A stretch of 64,000 nucleotides of DNA from Octopus sinensis (Eukaryota): positions 85,808,001 to 85,872,000 of the forward strand of contig NC_042999.1 in NCBI RefSeq assembly GCF_006345805.1, in the 5' to 3' direction. Within the stretch, counting starts at the first letter, position 1; every line of letters starts with the position of its first letter. Below the pieces are notes generated by a model. It saw nothing but the letters and a program-made list of their open reading frames with translations. It was not told where the DNA came from and did no database searches. A program made the position numbers and the translations under genes. Shown here in pieces: positions 37,942-51,620 of the stretch.

Positions 37942-40900
37942 TCCAAATTAAGATAAAGTCCACAAATCGAAAGATTTTGTCTCGTTACTCCGGTTTCTTA
38001 GAGCTTTTATACGAAGCCAAAGTGAAAATCAAGTTTTGTTATTTTGTGGTAGTGGTGAGGTGTGTGTGTATTAATATAGTTCTGTCTGTTAATGCAAGTG
38101 CTGTTTGTCTATTTGTGTGTATGTTAATGTGAATAACGAGATTTTTGGCCTTACGAATGGATTTATGGGGATTTTTTTCCCCTCCAGTTGCACTCATTGT
38201 TTTAACTATTTATTTATAGATTTGTGATGAAAATGAATTGTAACGGCTTTTAATAAAACCGTTACGAGGGAGTTTCGGATCAGGACGCCGAAATAAGTTG
38301 GATTTCTCCGTTTTGTTACTTGAGCCATCTATCTATTGTAGTCATTACATATTCCTTTTTTGGGGTGAATTCGAATTACAGCTGTTTCCGATAGTCATTA
38401 TTGCTTCGCTTCGTTCGTTGATTGATTTACTCAACAATGAAGGAACGGTTGAAGAAAATTTGGATCTTTGTTTGGCTTTCACTTTTCAATTTCTTCCAAT
38501 TGATTTCAAATTTGGTGTGTTAATGTAGTTGTGCTAATTATTGAAATACAATTAATTTTCGTCAAATCTATAAATAGATAGTTAATCACTTTGAAAGTTT
38601 GCAAATTTTGAGTAATTCAAATTTTAAAATTTTCATTTAAATTTAAAATTTCAAAACCTGAAGGCAAACAGATAAAATCCAAAAATTGAACGACTTTTAA
38701 ATAACTATTGCTTTCCTCGTCGGAGTCGTGACGTTTCCAAAGAATAGCGTCGGAATGTATCTCATGCGCTCGTGTATGTTTTAAGTATCTGAGATTACGA
38801 TTTTGCCAATAACGGGACGGGAAGGGACGCTTCTGTTTTTCCGTGACGTCTCAGTTTTGACAGGTTTTGAAAATCTTGTGTTGAAGAATTTTGTAATGCA
38901 ACTTATCCAGTGATTGGAACATTGATGTTGGCAATTTTGTTAGAGAGTTTAAATCTAGATAATTTAAGCCTGGTTCTATAATACAAATTTCTTGTTTTAA
39001 ATTGTCGTTATCTCTGGAGTTTAAAGCATCGATCTAAAAACTTTTCAAAAGAATTTCAAAACAGAATAATTACGGAAAAGAATTTAGGGGCTATCTCCTC
39101 AAATTTTCTTTTGTAGACTCCACTGTTTAAAAAACATACACATTCGAAGAAATTATGTTTTTTTTTTTTGTATATTTTATAATTTTGAACTATATTTTTT
39201 TAGGAACACTGATCATGATTTTTTTCTACGTTCGAGTGCCCTTCTTGACACCAACTCTCGCCTGTTTCCAAACAAGATAATGAATCCACTAGTCAACCCG
39301 CAAATTCTTTTGCTGACTAGAAGCAGTACCGTTTGTATGGACGGTGAGGCATTCATTTACAAACAGTATGTAACATGTCAAGAAGCCTGGGCATACGTTC
39401 CAGGCAGACTGCAAGCAAATCACGTATACGTACACACATACGCTCTTTCACTGTTTTCAGTCATTGGGCAACAGCCGTATAGGGGTATCACAATCAAGTG
39501 TTCAGTTGAACACACTAATCCCAGAAATTTGCAGTATATTCTGCAATGGAGCCTTTATTTTAGTCTGATGCTATTTTACTGATCTCTATTTATCAAGTGC
39601 TAATTTAAATTATGACATGTTTTAGCTCTTAACTCTTTACACTCTAAGGAGGCCAGGTCACATCCAGGTCATGACTCTTTGATACTCCTCTGTCATTTTT
39701 GTACTACTGTTTAGGTTCAAATTTGCACCCTTGAAGGTGATGAGGTACCTCAAAGCCAAGGTGCTTTTCTGATAGATGTAACCACTTTGCTATTATATAC
39801 TAGTTATACAATGAAAAAGTACTTCTGAAATTCACTTTGACCAGATCCAGTTAGATCTCTTTTTGGCTGCTTCTGCCACTGCCTTTAGGTCTTTGGTATT
39901 CTTAGAAATTGAGAGCTGTGTCATTAGATCATAGGCAGAGTTGCATACAAACCCTCTTGATCACTAGCATAGCTAGAGTGTGTGCCACCCGGGCAGCCCT
40001 TCCATTTGCCGCCCCCAGACCCCACACATATCACATATTGCCTACAGCAATAGCCTGCAATAGGATGAAAAGTGACCCCCCCCTCCAGCTATGCTATAGT
40101 GAAGATTTTGGCTTTGAAGCCAGATTCTCTAAACTTGCATGCTTCTCAGTCTTTTAAATGTAGGCTTTCTCCATTCTACTTTCATATGTTACAGTGAGTT
40201 GAGTCAGAATCGTTTGATTTATGTGAATGGAGTTACTGTTCAGTCTCTTACCACTCTTGTTCTTGATTTCTGAGTTGTTTCCAGTTTACAAGATTTGCTG
40301 TGCACTCCCAATCATCCACTCTATCTAGTAGATTCTGCTTCCATGATTCAATACACAGCTGTTCTAGGTCATAGTTTTTTGCTACCTTCTAGAGCTTCTA
40401 GTGGTGTGGACTTTTTTGCTCACATTACAAATCAAACATATGCTCATTTTAAGCACTTGGTTCTGCTTCCATATGCAACTCCTTTGGGCAAGCACCACCT
40501 TACATGAGCTCAGTGTATACTCTGCTGTTTGTTTTGACAGAATAGGCACTCAGGGTTGGCTAATTTTCCCCATTTCATCAAGTTTATATTCGAGGACAGG
40601 AGGTCATATACACAGATCTGAGGATGAAGCTAATTCTAAGAGTCATCATGCCTCTGGTCATTCTAGCTAAGACACTTTCCCATGGCATCTTTTGTCCTTG
40701 TTGGCACTTTGGAGTTTTTCTGGTCTTCTATTCTTCCCTCATTTCCTCTATTATGTCCATCTTTGTTTCCCTTTTGTTGTTTATCACCATTCCACTGAGC
40801 CCCTATCCCTATGTATTAATTTACATATATCCTGTTATTACTCTTATCTTGAAGCTCTTTTGTTGTGTCTACTGTATCTTGTGTTTTCCATTTTCTTCTA

Positions 40901-42759
40901 GTTTCCAGTTGGGCTGGATTTGTTTTACAGTCTTGTCTCCCAAGTGCTCAAGCATACTTAAAGAGCTTTACTTTTTCAGTTTAGTAGAAATTATATATTG
41001 CAGAAATAATCTGCATGTAAGTAATCAACTAAATGATTAGGTACAACTCACAGATTCATCTCTCCAGTTATACCATGACTCTACTTAGCTAAGAAACACA
41101 TTGCATACTCCAGTATGCAGTAATGAATTTTATGGTTGCATTATCAAACTCTGCACATGTTGCACTTTCCACTGTTCTGTACATTTCAGTACACCTATTG
41201 ATAATGCTAGATTAGCTTTTATTGAGCTGTCATATCAAATATATTCTGGCCAGAGCATCTCATATTTTCTCTATGTACAGGGAACACAGCACCATGTTAT
41301 CAAATATGTCCTTTTTTTAAGACTGTGGATGCTATTTATAGCTTGTTAAGTAACCATGAAAAAGCTCTGATTCTGGTGGTTTCCACGTTGAAAATGAGCC
41401 AAGAAAACTCAGAGCATGGAAGTTACTGCATGTAATGTTGGTGGTTTGCATCCCTGTTTAATATTTGGAGCTCATGTCATTATTTTGATATTGTCTTGGT
41501 TTAGTGAGTGATAAAGTGTGTTTTAAGAATGTCCTTCTAGTAGTGTTCTTGGATATTGAATATATCTAGGTGTGTTATAGGTGATTTTAAAGATTACTCT
41601 TCTACATATGTATTCAGTTTTTCAAAAAACTTACAAAAAAAAACCCCAGTTGTTCAAGTAGAAAAATTTACTAAAATCTCTTTTATTTAAGTCATTATAC
41701 TTTTACTACTGGTTGTGTGTAGCTCAAATTAACTCTACTTAGATGTCTCCATGGTGGGTCTAATGTATTGTTATATATATATATATACCTGCTATAAAAT
41801 CATTCAGGCACTTTGTTATGCTTTAGTTGATGGTTGGCAGCTATTTGTTATAAAGCACATGATGTAAGCAAATGCTTACATCATATGCTGAAGTGGAATG
41901 TTTGAACTGAATAAAGCAATTATTTTGTTTACAAGTTCAGTTTGCTATAAAATACAAATAACAGTGAAAAAGTTTCTTTTGACTACATAGCTTTGATGGT
42001 ACTTCATTGATAATTTCTATACAATTTTCTGCATATTCTAATTTTACTAAAGCTTCATCAGACACTGTAAACTTTGATCTGTAACTGCAGATATATATTG
42101 AGATGAGTGCATTAGAGATTGATTTCTTTCCAGGAGCTTCTCTGCTTATATTCAAAAATGACCATTTTTCCATAAGTATGTCAGTCAAAAAGGACCACAA
42201 CCAGAACATCAGCATCTAAGACCTTGCTATAACAAGAATACATCAAGCAAAGTAACTTAAAATGCTGCTATTAGCATATATATTTCATGAACATATTGAT
42301 GTTTTTATTTAAGTAGTGTTGCTAGTTTCATAAATATTTGCTTGACCTTCTCTCTCTCTCAGAAAATATCCTTGTATTGACTTATCAACTCAATCTAAAA
42401 AGACTGCTTTGTAATTTTTCTATTTAATCAAAAGATATATTTAAATGTTTTTGTGTAACTTGTGTTCCTCTATGGCTTTCTTAAATGACTCAGTTTTATA
42501 ATAATTAAATTTAGAGGATCATTAAACAAATCTTATTGTTTACTTGTTTCTATGTTTCTATGTTGGCAACTCCTCCCTCCTTTTATTTATTCATACCTAG
42601 ATAACAATTTGAAACCAGTTGCTGCTAAATCTTGCCTCTTTTTGCCAGTTGATTCAATATTTAAAGTGAAACTAAATAGCTTCTTAGTGAAATCATTTAG
42701 TCTCTCATTAAGCCTTCAATTTCTTCATTTTATGAGCACAAGTATTAGTAGTAAGAAAT

Positions 42760-43260
42760 AGTGGGCAACAATGCCTTATTATCAACTACTTATAAACAAG
42801 AAACCACTGTTGTTTTCTGGATGCCTATTGAACATCTTAGAATAAATGCAACAGCAAACATAAGAACAGATTTCACATTTGCCATAAGATTTCAAGCTGT
42901 TGGTAATTTATTCCAAGTTACCATTTGGTGTGACTAATTCCATAAGTGCTTTTCAAAGAGTGATGGATGGTGTAATTACTGACATTGATGTCAAAGGTGA
43001 TTATACTTATTTTGTTGATTCATTGTCAAAAACCTTTTGAGAAGCACAGTGGAAACTTAACTCAGTTTATTTCCCTTACTGAGTGACTCAACTGTGACAT
43101 ATGTCTTCTTTGTTTAACATCTGTTTGTTACTTAGGTTATAAAATAAAAAAAACATAATTCTCCAGCAACCTGATCTGAAAAAATTGAAATCCCTCTTTG
43201 ATTACCACATGGCTATAGCTATTGTAGAATGTGTTCGGAAATGGTCAACTTTGAGGTTAC
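42760..43260 (+). mobile_element. Decayed Gypsy-type reverse transcriptase fragment
   Basis: LDAY, LPFGVTN and SAFQRVMDGVI..Y.YFVD remnants across frameshifts. Confidence 0.6.
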
Positions 43261-43974
43261 TTCACATTTACATCCGATCAACAAGTGATCTCATCTATAT
43301 TTAGTTATAAAAGTAGAAGAGAAATGAAATTCTTCATTGAGTTAAACAAATGTGGTGCATAAGAGTACTTTTGGTGTATTTCTGTGACTTGTGACATTTT
43401 ACTTTTATTTTTTACATGTCTCAATGCTCTGCCTTTCACTTGGATCTCAAACAAATAACAATTTTGATGACCTTATTGTTGTTATGAAATCTGTCATAGA
43501 GCTTCTGTATAGAAGTCAACCAATATGTTGTATGTTTGTAGTTTCAGTTAGTGGAGACAGGTGAGGTGGGTATGATGGAATTGGTCAGGCCAGGCTGGTT
43601 GCTTTTGCTCTTACAATTCTAGTGGTGTATATTCAAGCAGAGTGTTTGGAGTTATTGATGCTGTGACAAGTGTTTGTATGATTGTGTCATTCAGTGACAG
43701 AGGAAAGAAGAATGAGTGAAAAGGTTGTTTGAGAGATGAGAGGGTATACTGTCAGGTGAAAACCTGACAGTATACATACAGAAATATATAAATACATACA
43801 CTCATGTATGTGTATATATACACACACATACGAGTGGACAAATGAGAGGCACTCAACACATTTAGCCGGCATTACATATAGTATCATTTTAAAACGGTTT
43901 GATTTGGTCTCATGCAACTGAAAATTTCATAGACTCCTCACCTCACTCATCAGGCCCAGATGACGGAATCATGC

Positions 43975-44870
43975 ATCATCATTTAACATTCATTGTCCAC
44001 ATTGGCATGGGTTGCATGGTTGACTACAGCTGGCAAGCTGTGGAGCTGCACCAGACTCCAGTCTGATTTGGCATGGTTTCTACTGTTGGATGCCCTTCCT
44101 AACAACAACCATTTTACAGTGTGTGCTGGGTGATTTCATGTACCACTGCATTGTGCTTTTACATGACACCACATGGGTACCTTTATGTGGCACCACCACG
44201 AGTGCTTTCTACCATCTGAAGGACCAATCTTAACACCTCTGCAGTGGAGTTCAGGTCTTGAGTACAGCAAGATTCCAGGTATCTTGGTCCTTTGTCATCT
44301 CACCTGAAAGGTTCAACATCCTGTGGTTGTTCCTCAGTACTTCATCTCATGTCTTCCTGGGTCTCCCACTTCCATGTGTTCCATCTACTTTGAGAGATCG
44401 GTACTTCTTTATGGAGCTGTTGGCATCCATCCGCATCACATGACCAAACCAGTGCAGTCGTCTCTCTTGCATACTGCATCTAATTCCTCTTGTGCCTAAC
44501 TTCTCTCTCAATACTTTAGCACTCTGTCAAACATGTACACTTATATTACACATCCAGCAGAGTATATTAGTCTCATTCATTTCTAACCTTTGCATGTACT
44601 CTGCATTCAGGGCCCACATCTCACTACTATGTAGAATTGCTGTCCTTATAACATGTATCACACAATCTTCAATTCACTTAGAGAGAGAGAGAAACCTTTT
44701 GTGGCCAACAGAGGTAACAACTCTCTGAATTTCCTCTATCCTATTCTTATTCTAGCTATCACACTCTCCGTGCATCTTCCCTCACTACTAATTTGGTCCC
44801 CTTGGTAGCAGAAATTATCTGTTACCTCAAATGAGTCACCAGGGCATTTGACAGAATCAATTTCCTGAGT
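43975..44870 (-). mobile_element. RTE-clade LINE 3' end (ORF C-terminus, 3' UTR, (GAT)n tail)
   Basis: Minus strand LREKLGTRGIRCSMQERRLHWFGHVMRMD...GRPRKT. The 3' UTR/tail recurs at ~3960, 10725, 21775, 23040, 23915, 25990, 27335, 32515, 51740-52415, 55485, 56000, 56490, 57895, 62365, 63000. Confidence 0.85.
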
Positions 44871-45140
44871 CCCAGCTTCCACCATTACCAATTTTACTAT
44901 TCATTTTGCCATGTCTATATGTGAGTGTTCTCTCACACTATGTTGCCAATCATTCTAGTCCTTTGTCATCTCCTCTAAGAGATGCAACAACTTTGGATCA
45001 GTCTTCACTACTTTAACCCAAGCGTTCCTTGAGATGTGTGTGTAAAAAGAGACACAAAGAGAGCTCATCTTCTGCATTGGTATATAATTCTGCTTCCATT
45101 TTACTTCATTTTATTTTCAGCAGACTATTTGGATCTGAAA

Positions 45141-45249
45141 ATGGGCAAGCATCAATTCGCCAAAATCTTCCTTATTTTTTTAACGTTTGCTGTGCACATG
45201 GCTATGCTTGGTGTTAGTTACTTGGCAGTATTTCCAGAAAAAAGTCGAG
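45141..45249 (+). CDS. TspO/MBR-like membrane protein, first coding exon: MGKHQFAKIFLIFLTFAVHMAMLGVSYLAVFPEKSR(G)
   Basis: Pyrimidine tract plus ttcAG/cAG acceptor at 45120/45123, AAAATGG start context, hydrophobic helix, donor G|GTAATA; phase 1 matches the next exon. Confidence 0.8.
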
Positions 45250-45878
45250 GTAATAATCTTTTACTGTCTTTAAACTGTTATGTAAAAATTAAGCTCTCTT
45301 TAACATCAGTGAAACATACTTTGATAGTAGAATAGTACCTTCAGATCTTATGTGTCATGAGAGGTGATCAATAGATGAAACACCTAATAAAAATTTGAAA
45401 GAGTCCTTAAAGCTCAATTTTGTTGACTGTGGATAAGATGTGGAAAGAAGCTGATGTATAAGATCTTGAATTGGCCATGGGCCATAACTTGCAGCAATAA
45501 AAGAATAGAATATTTTTGGTTGGGCTGGGGGCACTGAGATAAGGATCCTATCCTCAGGTGCACCACTTTTCTTTGAACTTCTGAAATTGAATGGTTGGGC
45601 TGGTCATGCCAAATTTAAGCTAACAGAATCTACTTAAATAGGGTTAGTTGGTGTTGGAGCTACTATAGTTATAATGTGGCTGAATATACCACTTGTGTAA
45701 CCCAAATGTAGTGGTTCATAATCTTTTTGGCTTCGTGATGCCCTGGATATCAAATAAAAATAACTGGCCCATTAGAAATCAGATAAAAATAATTACTTAA
45801 GTTAATAAAACTGTTTTAAAGTTTAAAAATTGAGTAAAACATAGTAAGCTATAGTTAAGATTGAAATATGTGATTTAA

Positions 45879-46095
45879 CCCTTTAGCACTTAAACTGGCC
45901 ATATCCGACATAGATATTCTTGTTTTATGCTCAAACTGGCCATATCTGGACTCTCTCACCTACCCTACAATGTCATTCTGAAAATATACAATCACATCAT
46001 TGAAATTTTGAAGCTATGAATTAATGTATGATTAATTCAAAACAATGTGAATAAGTAAGCATTACATTTGACACAATAATTGGAATGCTAAAGTG
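45879..46095. mobile_element. piggyBac-type MITE
   Basis: TTAA|CCCTTTAGCA...TGCTAAAGTG|TTAA. Confidence 0.7.
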
Positions 46096-46417
46096 TTAAG
46101 GCAGATTTGGCTGCTATTTCTTGCAAGTTGAGCAACTTCTTCATTAGTTCAGATTACAAAGTTCTCTTTTGTTGGCTCAAACGATTTTTTTCTCTACAGG
46201 TATTTACACTGATTGTTATTTGCATTGTTTATTAACGATTACCATTTTTCTGTTGAAAAACATAGTTTTTTTTTTATTAATTTTGAAAATAACGAAGGAT
46301 TTAATAAAATAATTTTGTCATTATGAAGTTAATGTTTGGAACATAAATTATGAAATTTTGATTGAAGATTTTAACTTAGATCACACTAAAGCATTGAAGT
46401 TTCTATAATAGTACTAA

Positions 46418-46739
46418 AGACTCCGCCGGTTACGACGACGAGGGTCCCAGCTGATACGATCAACGGAACAGCTTGCTCGTGAAATTAACGTGCAAATGGC
46501 TGAGCATTCCACAGACACGTGTACCCTTAACGTAGTTCTCGGGGATAATCAGCGTGACACAGAGAGTGACAAGGCTGACCCTTTGAAATACAAGTACAAC
46601 TCATTTTTGCCAGCTGAGTGGACTGGAGCAACGTGAAATAAAGTGTCTTGCTCAAGGACACAACGCGTCGCCGGGAATCGAACTCACAACCTTACGATCA
46701 TGAGCCGAATGCCCTAACCACTAAGCCACGCGCCCTCAC
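46418..46739 (-). mobile_element. tRNA-derived SINE, family B, young copy with 12-bp TSD
   Basis: A box TGGCTTAGTGG, B box GTTCGATTCC, gtgtccttgagcaagacac core; TSD taatagtactaa at 46406-17 and 46740-51; CpGs retained. Older copies at 7741-8060 (+), 20690-20820, 48040-48180. Confidence 0.9.
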
Positions 46740-48804
46740 TAATAGTACTAAGGGCTGTCTCAAATGCATTGATATCTTGTTTTTCAAGATATTCATTAGT
46801 ATAGATTTTCCAAATCCTTAAATTATGTTTTAAAATCCATGTTTGCACCGAGATGCATATTTTGGTGCACTAAGAACCACTGTCTTAATGCATGAATTAG
46901 GAGTCCTGCAGTCTTTGTGACCTTTCTGGTAGGTCAGCAACAAAGATAATGATGTCAATCCATTTTAATGGCACCTTGTTCTTATTTTATCCAACCTTTG
47001 GAACAATCTTGAAATAACTCAAATGTTCAACCTCCAAATGGGCCCTCCTTGACAATGAGGAAACTTTATTTTTTGAATTGCTGATATTAATCCAATTAGA
47101 GGAATAAAGGAAAATGTACACGTGGAATTTGCAAACACAAGACATTCAGAAGTTGTGGAAAAGTTCTGTAATTGACCATAGATTTTGGTATTAGAAGAAA
47201 AATATTTGACAGAGCACAAGTAATTCCAAACTATATACGAGAAGTTTGAAACTTTGAAATCAAGAGTAATATTTGTAGAAAGAGCGAAGTGGGTTCAAAC
47301 AAATGCTTTTATGTATGAACGATTTGATAGGTTTGGAAATGAAAGTTATTCCTCATAATATACCAGTAAGAGTGAAAAATAAAAATCATAAAAATAACTT
47401 TTAGTTTATTGTTGGTGAAGAGAATTTGCTTCCTAGAGTGTAACTTGTTAAAAACTTCTTGTTTGTAAAATCTTATTTTATCTTTACAAACACTTTATTC
47501 ATGAATTCTGATATGCTTGTTTCCTACATCAGATTGCTCCTATTTGGATATTGTCATGTCAAAGTTGAACTGTATATGATAAATTTTGCTATTCAAAAAG
47601 CAGCTAGAAAGAACTAAAACCTGGAAAGGCCATGCTTATCCTGAAATTATAGGCTTTTTTCATTAACAAGCTTCATATGTAAAACTTTTCAATGAACGAT
47701 TAATGATCAGTTGGTTTCTTGAACAGAACAGTATCTTTATTGATTTTGTATATTTCAGAGTCTTTGAAACTTAAGATTATCTGACTTGCTTGGAGACATA
47801 CATTTTGTGATGCCTTATTAGCAAAAAACACGGAGTATCTGAATTCTTTGATGTAGAAAAGTTTCTTACAGTATAAATTTACATGGCAACACAACAAATT
47901 TATGTTTCATTGTATTGACCAGACTATAGGATGTCGTACATCACTGGTCACAATGTGCATTGTAGCTTTCAAATGATGGCACCCTGTTGGCTTGATGGGT
48001 AGGCTGACATTCCCACTAAATGGAATAGCAATCTATCACAGGGTTACTCATTTACTGCTGAGTGGATAGGAGCAACATCAAATGAAGTGTTTTGCTCAAG
48101 AACACAACATGCCACAAGTCTGGGAAATGAAATCACTATCTTGCAATCATGTGTGCAGTACCTTAACCACTAGGCCATGCATCTTAGTACATGTGTGTAA
48201 TTGTAAACTTTTTTTAACAGCAGTTGGGAGTTTCTAGTGTAGCAGGACTTTTGTTTTTCATACCCTGTTTAACTCGAAAATTATCAAATTAACTGAATTC
48301 TTAATCATATCAGTATTTTTGTATACTGATGCAGAAAAACATAGTAAACATCTATATTATCTTGCTTCACAATGGTTTCAAATTTTCTAAAACTGAGAAG
48401 ATTGTGTATACATTTTTGTAATGTTCCTTCACTATGAATGCCAATTTATTGAGTTCCATTGTGCTTAAACACTTTAAATTAGTATTGCATAGCAAAAATT
48501 TACTCTGTATTTGCAGAGAGAAGTGAATTAAACTTTTTAACATAGTGTTTTTGTTTCAAAATTTAAAATCTATTGCAATTTATAGCTCTGATTAAACCTC
48601 ATTTTTCATCTGATAAGTTTCAAGATAGATAGGAGCTTGTTTTTTACTCATACTATATGTGTGTTTGCGTGTAAGACAAAAATTGAATTGTAATTGATTT
48701 CAATTTTCATGTTGAATACTGAAAATAAAGAAGTTGAAATTTAGATTTATGCAAATTTTCAAAGATTTATTATCTTTTTCTAAGAATTTATATTTTCTTT
48801 ATAG

Positions 48805-49598
48805 GCCTGTTCACTTCTGAAACTGGTAACATTTCTCATAAATATGATCTGGCTGCTGTTCCTGATGATTCAGCTTTCTCCATTTGGGGTGCAATTTACC
48901 TGTCAGAAGCATTGTGGCTTTTGTATGCAATCACAACTGTATTTCGATCAACTTCCAAAGGACCTTTATATGTTTCGTGTAATGTGATGCCTTCGCAAAT
49001 GCTTATTGGTTTTATACTTAACTGTATTATCAATATAATTTGGTTAATTGCGTTCGACAGAGAAAAAATTCTTTATTCTGGTATCATTATTTCCTTCCTT
49101 CCATTATGCCTTATATACTGCCTTGTCCTTTCTCATAGAAGATTGCATTCTTATTCTGTCTTCATGATTAAAGAGTCTTTGCTTTTTGATATTTGGATTA
49201 ATCGTTTCTTAGTCCAAAATGGTATTGCCGTAAATGCTACATGGGTATCTATTGCAACATGTTTGAACTTCGGAATGGTTCTTACCTATGTTTATGATGT
49301 CAAAGAAGAAATTTCTAGCATTATTGTTCTGATGATGGTGTCAATTGGAACCCTGTTATATACTTGCTTTGATTACAAGCGCAAGCTTACCCACTATACA
49401 GTGACACCATATATGGTTGTTAGCTGGGCTACAGTTGGCGTACTGCTTAAACATGCTTCAGAAACTTCTTGGACTAATATTACTATATTGTCTGTTGTTC
49501 TCCTGGTTTGTACTTGCATTGTGTTGGGGTTCAAAGTCTTCTCCATTTTATTTCCATTAAAAACTGATCGTAAAAGTAAGGCAAAGAAAAGTTCTTAA
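48805..49598 (+). CDS. TspO/MBR-like (tryptophan-rich sensory protein-like) multi-pass membrane protein, last exon; 300 aa in total
   Basis: Acceptor ttttctttatAG; frame LFTSETGNISHKYDLAAVPDDSAFSIWGAIY...WLLY...NIIWLIAFDRE...LVQNGIAVNATWVSIATCLNF matches the P..(W/A)FSIWG.IY / NGIA.Y.TW..IA..LN family; many hydrophobic helices; ends KKSS*. Confidence 0.85.
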
Positions 49599-50673
49599 AT
49601 ATGAATGTCCATTGAAATGAGAGGACAAATAAATCTCGCAACTAAATATAAGAAAATATTTTTTTAGTACAAATTCTTTTTACTAAGAATATCTTTAATT
49701 TTATATTTTACTGATACTTATTTATAAAACACATTGGAGTGGCAGCTGAACTTAAAACTATAAGGGCCTAAACTATTTTCGAAAAAACTTCTTTTTATAT
49801 ATGTATGTTGATTCCATTGCTCTCAAAAATGGAAAAAGCTACATTTTTCTAAGTCAATATATCCAATAAGTACAAATCATTATTTCTCAAGGTACTTGTC
49901 ATACATTTTTTTAAACATGCTTGTAGTTATTACAAGCACCCAAGTCTTAACATTTTAACAATCTAAAAGTTATAAGAATAATAAATTGAATGTCTTCTAT
50001 GTTGATTGCCCATCATCTGGTACAGTATCAAAAATTACAGATTCAATGCTTTAGAAAGCTAAATTTCTATACATGTTCATCATAGTGATACTTAATTATC
50101 AATTAAGATTACTTCTAACTTTAAAGATACATCATCAGAATGCCTTTTGAATTTCATTCATTCGAACTTTTAATCTCAGTACATTGATTAAAATATAAAA
50201 TTTATACTAAATTAGATTATATTTTTCCACTGAAAATTGTATAATTTTTTTTTTTTTTTTAATTTTCATATAATAAGCGAACTGAAAAATTAAACAATGA
50301 TATTTTGCTATGTAAAGTTTTAGAATCCAGTATTATACATTGAAATCATTTTTGTAATCACATGAAAAAGGGCTTTTCATTACAGATAACTCATTAATAT
50401 AAATTTGTGACAAAAACACTTATAGATTGTGTCTTTTAAAACGTTTTAAGTAATTTAATATACTACTCATTGTTTCAAGGATACTTGTGGATCATACTGT
50501 TACTATGTCTCAATTATCATGTGTAACTTTTCTTATTGAACTGTTTTCACTGTGTTTTGAAAGAACTAAAGTTTGTATATAGACTGACTTTTGCACTTTT
50601 TTACATTTTCATAATCAAACTTTCCATAACAAAATTGCATTAGTTTTTCTCATTTTTATGTAGTAATTTTTTA

Positions 50674-50679
50674 AATAAA
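50674..50679 (+). terminator. Candidate poly(A) signal of the TspO-like gene
   Basis: AATAAA followed by a T/GT-rich downstream tract, ~1.1 kb after the stop. Confidence 0.35.
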
Positions 50680-51279
50680 AAAGTTATTAAACATTTTATT
50701 ATATTGTTTTGTTCTTGTTTTTTTTCCTCCTCTTATTTGTGAATCTACATAAGTATTTAAATATAAGTATCTTAGAATTCACTGTGAAAGGATTTTTTGT
50801 ATTTCAGTCTATTCAATAAAATGATCTCCAGAAAGCATCTTGAAAATCTTTTGAGAATCAAACCAGTTACTTGATATGATCAAAAGTATTATTCTTCAAT
50901 AGGTAATAATCTCTATTTCATGAAGAGATCAGCAAGAACCAGTCTACTTCTGGTCATAACTATGAAAGGAATTGAACTTTCTGCTGTTATTTTCAGTGAA
51001 GGTTGTCAAAGTAGCACTGCACTGTGTGTTACAAGATATGAATCACTGATAGCTTAGTATACTTTCAACTCAGGACCGTTATGTAGTGATTCCCAAATGA
51101 TTGATCAAAGCTTACCAATGTCACAAAAATATTGCTAGGTGTGTTGTGAAAATAAAATTAGATTTAAAAATTGTGAAAACTACAAAATAGAATTCTAAAT
51201 ATAGTCTTTAATGGTGATTCATTTATTGAATATAGTAATAGGTTATTTTCTGTAGTGTTTTTTATAGGCATAATCTTTT

Positions 51280-51620
51280 TGTTTTACTTGTTTCAGTCAT
51301 TTGACTGCAGCCATGCTGGGGCATCGTCTTCAATTTTTAGTCGAATGAATCAACCCCAGTATTTATATTTTATTTTGAGCATGGTACTTATTCTATCAGT
51401 CTCTTGCCCAACTGCTAAGTTACAGAGACATAAACACACCAATACCGGTTGTCAAGTGGTGATGGAGGGACAAACATACACATATGACAAGCTTCTTTCA
51501 GTCTCCGTCTACCAAATCCATTCACAAGGCTTCAGTCGCCCTGAGGCTATAGTAGAAGATGCCCAAGGTGCCAGACAGTGGGACTGAACCTGGAACCTTG
51601 TAGTTGGAAAGGAAGCTTAA
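51280..51620 (-). mobile_element. tRNA-derived SINE, family A, diverged
   Basis: Same head and tail as 29927..30333. Confidence 0.75.

Noticed and set aside
39650-41350. ORFs 39909-41349 as genes
   Set aside because: Short, overlapping and motif-free; probably a very old retroelement that I cannot classify.
43915-43960. Minus-strand CTGATGAG...GAAATTTTTC
   Set aside because: Stems I and II do not pair convincingly.
46660-46739. tRNA gene
   Set aside because: A/B boxes are present, but it runs into a SINE body with a TSD and lacks a full cloverleaf.
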